DNA of 36,919 nt from an uncultured Eubacteriales bacterium (GTDB lineage: Bacteria; Bacillota; Clostridia; Lachnospirales; Lachnospiraceae). The notes below the pieces were generated by a model. It worked only from the letters and a program-made list of their open reading frames with translations, searched no databases and was not told the origin of the DNA. The stretch is taken from contig OMXJ01000030.1 of NCBI GenBank assembly GCA_900315015.1, positions 1 through 36,919 on the forward strand, read 5' to 3'. A program made the translations under genes and the position numbers. Positions 36,640 through 36,919 of this stretch are shown here, in pieces; the first letter of the stretch is position 1, and each line of letters opens with the position of its first letter.

Positions 36640-36919
36640 ATCAGGTCATTTTGTGAATGCAAATTTACAAACTCACTAATACCCGCGGGCAATCCCGTGG
36701 GGTTGCATAGCGACCCTGAGTGAGTAGCCTAAGTTCTTTGAAAACTACGTTAAGAGAGAATATATAGTTACCTACGGATGTAGTACCAAGTCTGTAGCTC
36801 TAAGGTTAGTGATTAAACAATTCTGAGGTATAGGAACAGTGTTGCTTACATAAAACCTCTCATTAACATTGGCGATGGTACACTAACCACTCTTCGGAGT
36901 GAGTAATTAAATCCTTATA
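36640..36919 (+). other. Structured non-coding region, possibly an rRNA-operon leader or other structured RNA; the window ends inside it
   Basis: No ORF. A GC-rich segment CCCGCGGGCAATCCCGTGGGG, then TTCTTTGAAAACTACG resembling Firmicutes rRNA leader sequences, and a CACTC-UUCG-GAGTG tetraloop hairpin near 36880-36895. Confidence 0.3.

Noticed and set aside
1-36919. Mobile element, prophage or defence island (integrase, transposase, restriction, toxin-antitoxin)
   Set aside because: No integrase, transposase, recombinase, nuclease, helicase or methyltransferase signatures were found in any frame. The only possible mobility footprints are the tRNA-like fragments and the perfect tandem duplications.

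Overview
Low-GC Firmicutes (Clostridia-like) chromosomal window with about 30 genes, nearly all on the + strand. Part 1 gene order: NAD(P)HX dehydratase (nnr), alanine racemase (alr), rlmH; an ORF-free 660-bp region with tRNA-like fragments; a TM-less SPFH protein; a C_GCAxxG_C_C protein; a YeaQ/GlsB-type membrane peptide; two tandem WYL-domain regulators directly upstream of a ParE/ParC-like (topoisomerase IV) pair; a teichoic-acid / cell-wall-polymer glycosylation cluster (GT2-TagF fusion, pyruvyl transferase, GtrB-like GT2, tagD, tagF-like); a LytTR response regulator with two AgrC-family kinase paralogs; a convergent Cof-type HAD hydrolase; a degenerate-GGDEF + EAL protein with a C-terminal repeat domain; a 201-aa protein plus an SPL-family radical SAM protein; PBP1A; hprK; glucokinase; murB; rapZ; a short whiA; and an HPr-like gene lacking His15. 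The window ends in a structured, rRNA-leader-like non-coding region. No transposase, integrase or CRISPR array is visible. Part 2 main items: (1) a LytTR regulator followed by an AgrC-type kinase with an intact ATPase domain but RHD->VNE at the phospho-acceptor site, then a paralog that keeps RHD but stops before the ATPase domain, separated by a 17-bp x ~4.5 tandem repeat; (2) a PafBC-like pair of WYL regulators immediately upstream of parE-parC; (3) a Crh-like Ser46-only HPr in a rapZ-whiA-crh context with hprK nearby, yvcK missing and whiA internally shortened; (4) a permuted tRNA-like arrangement (3' T-arm/acceptor half placed 5' of a well-formed 5' half); (5) several exact tandem repeats overlapping gene 3' ends or promoters. 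All family assignments are from motif recognition by eye; none were checked against databases.
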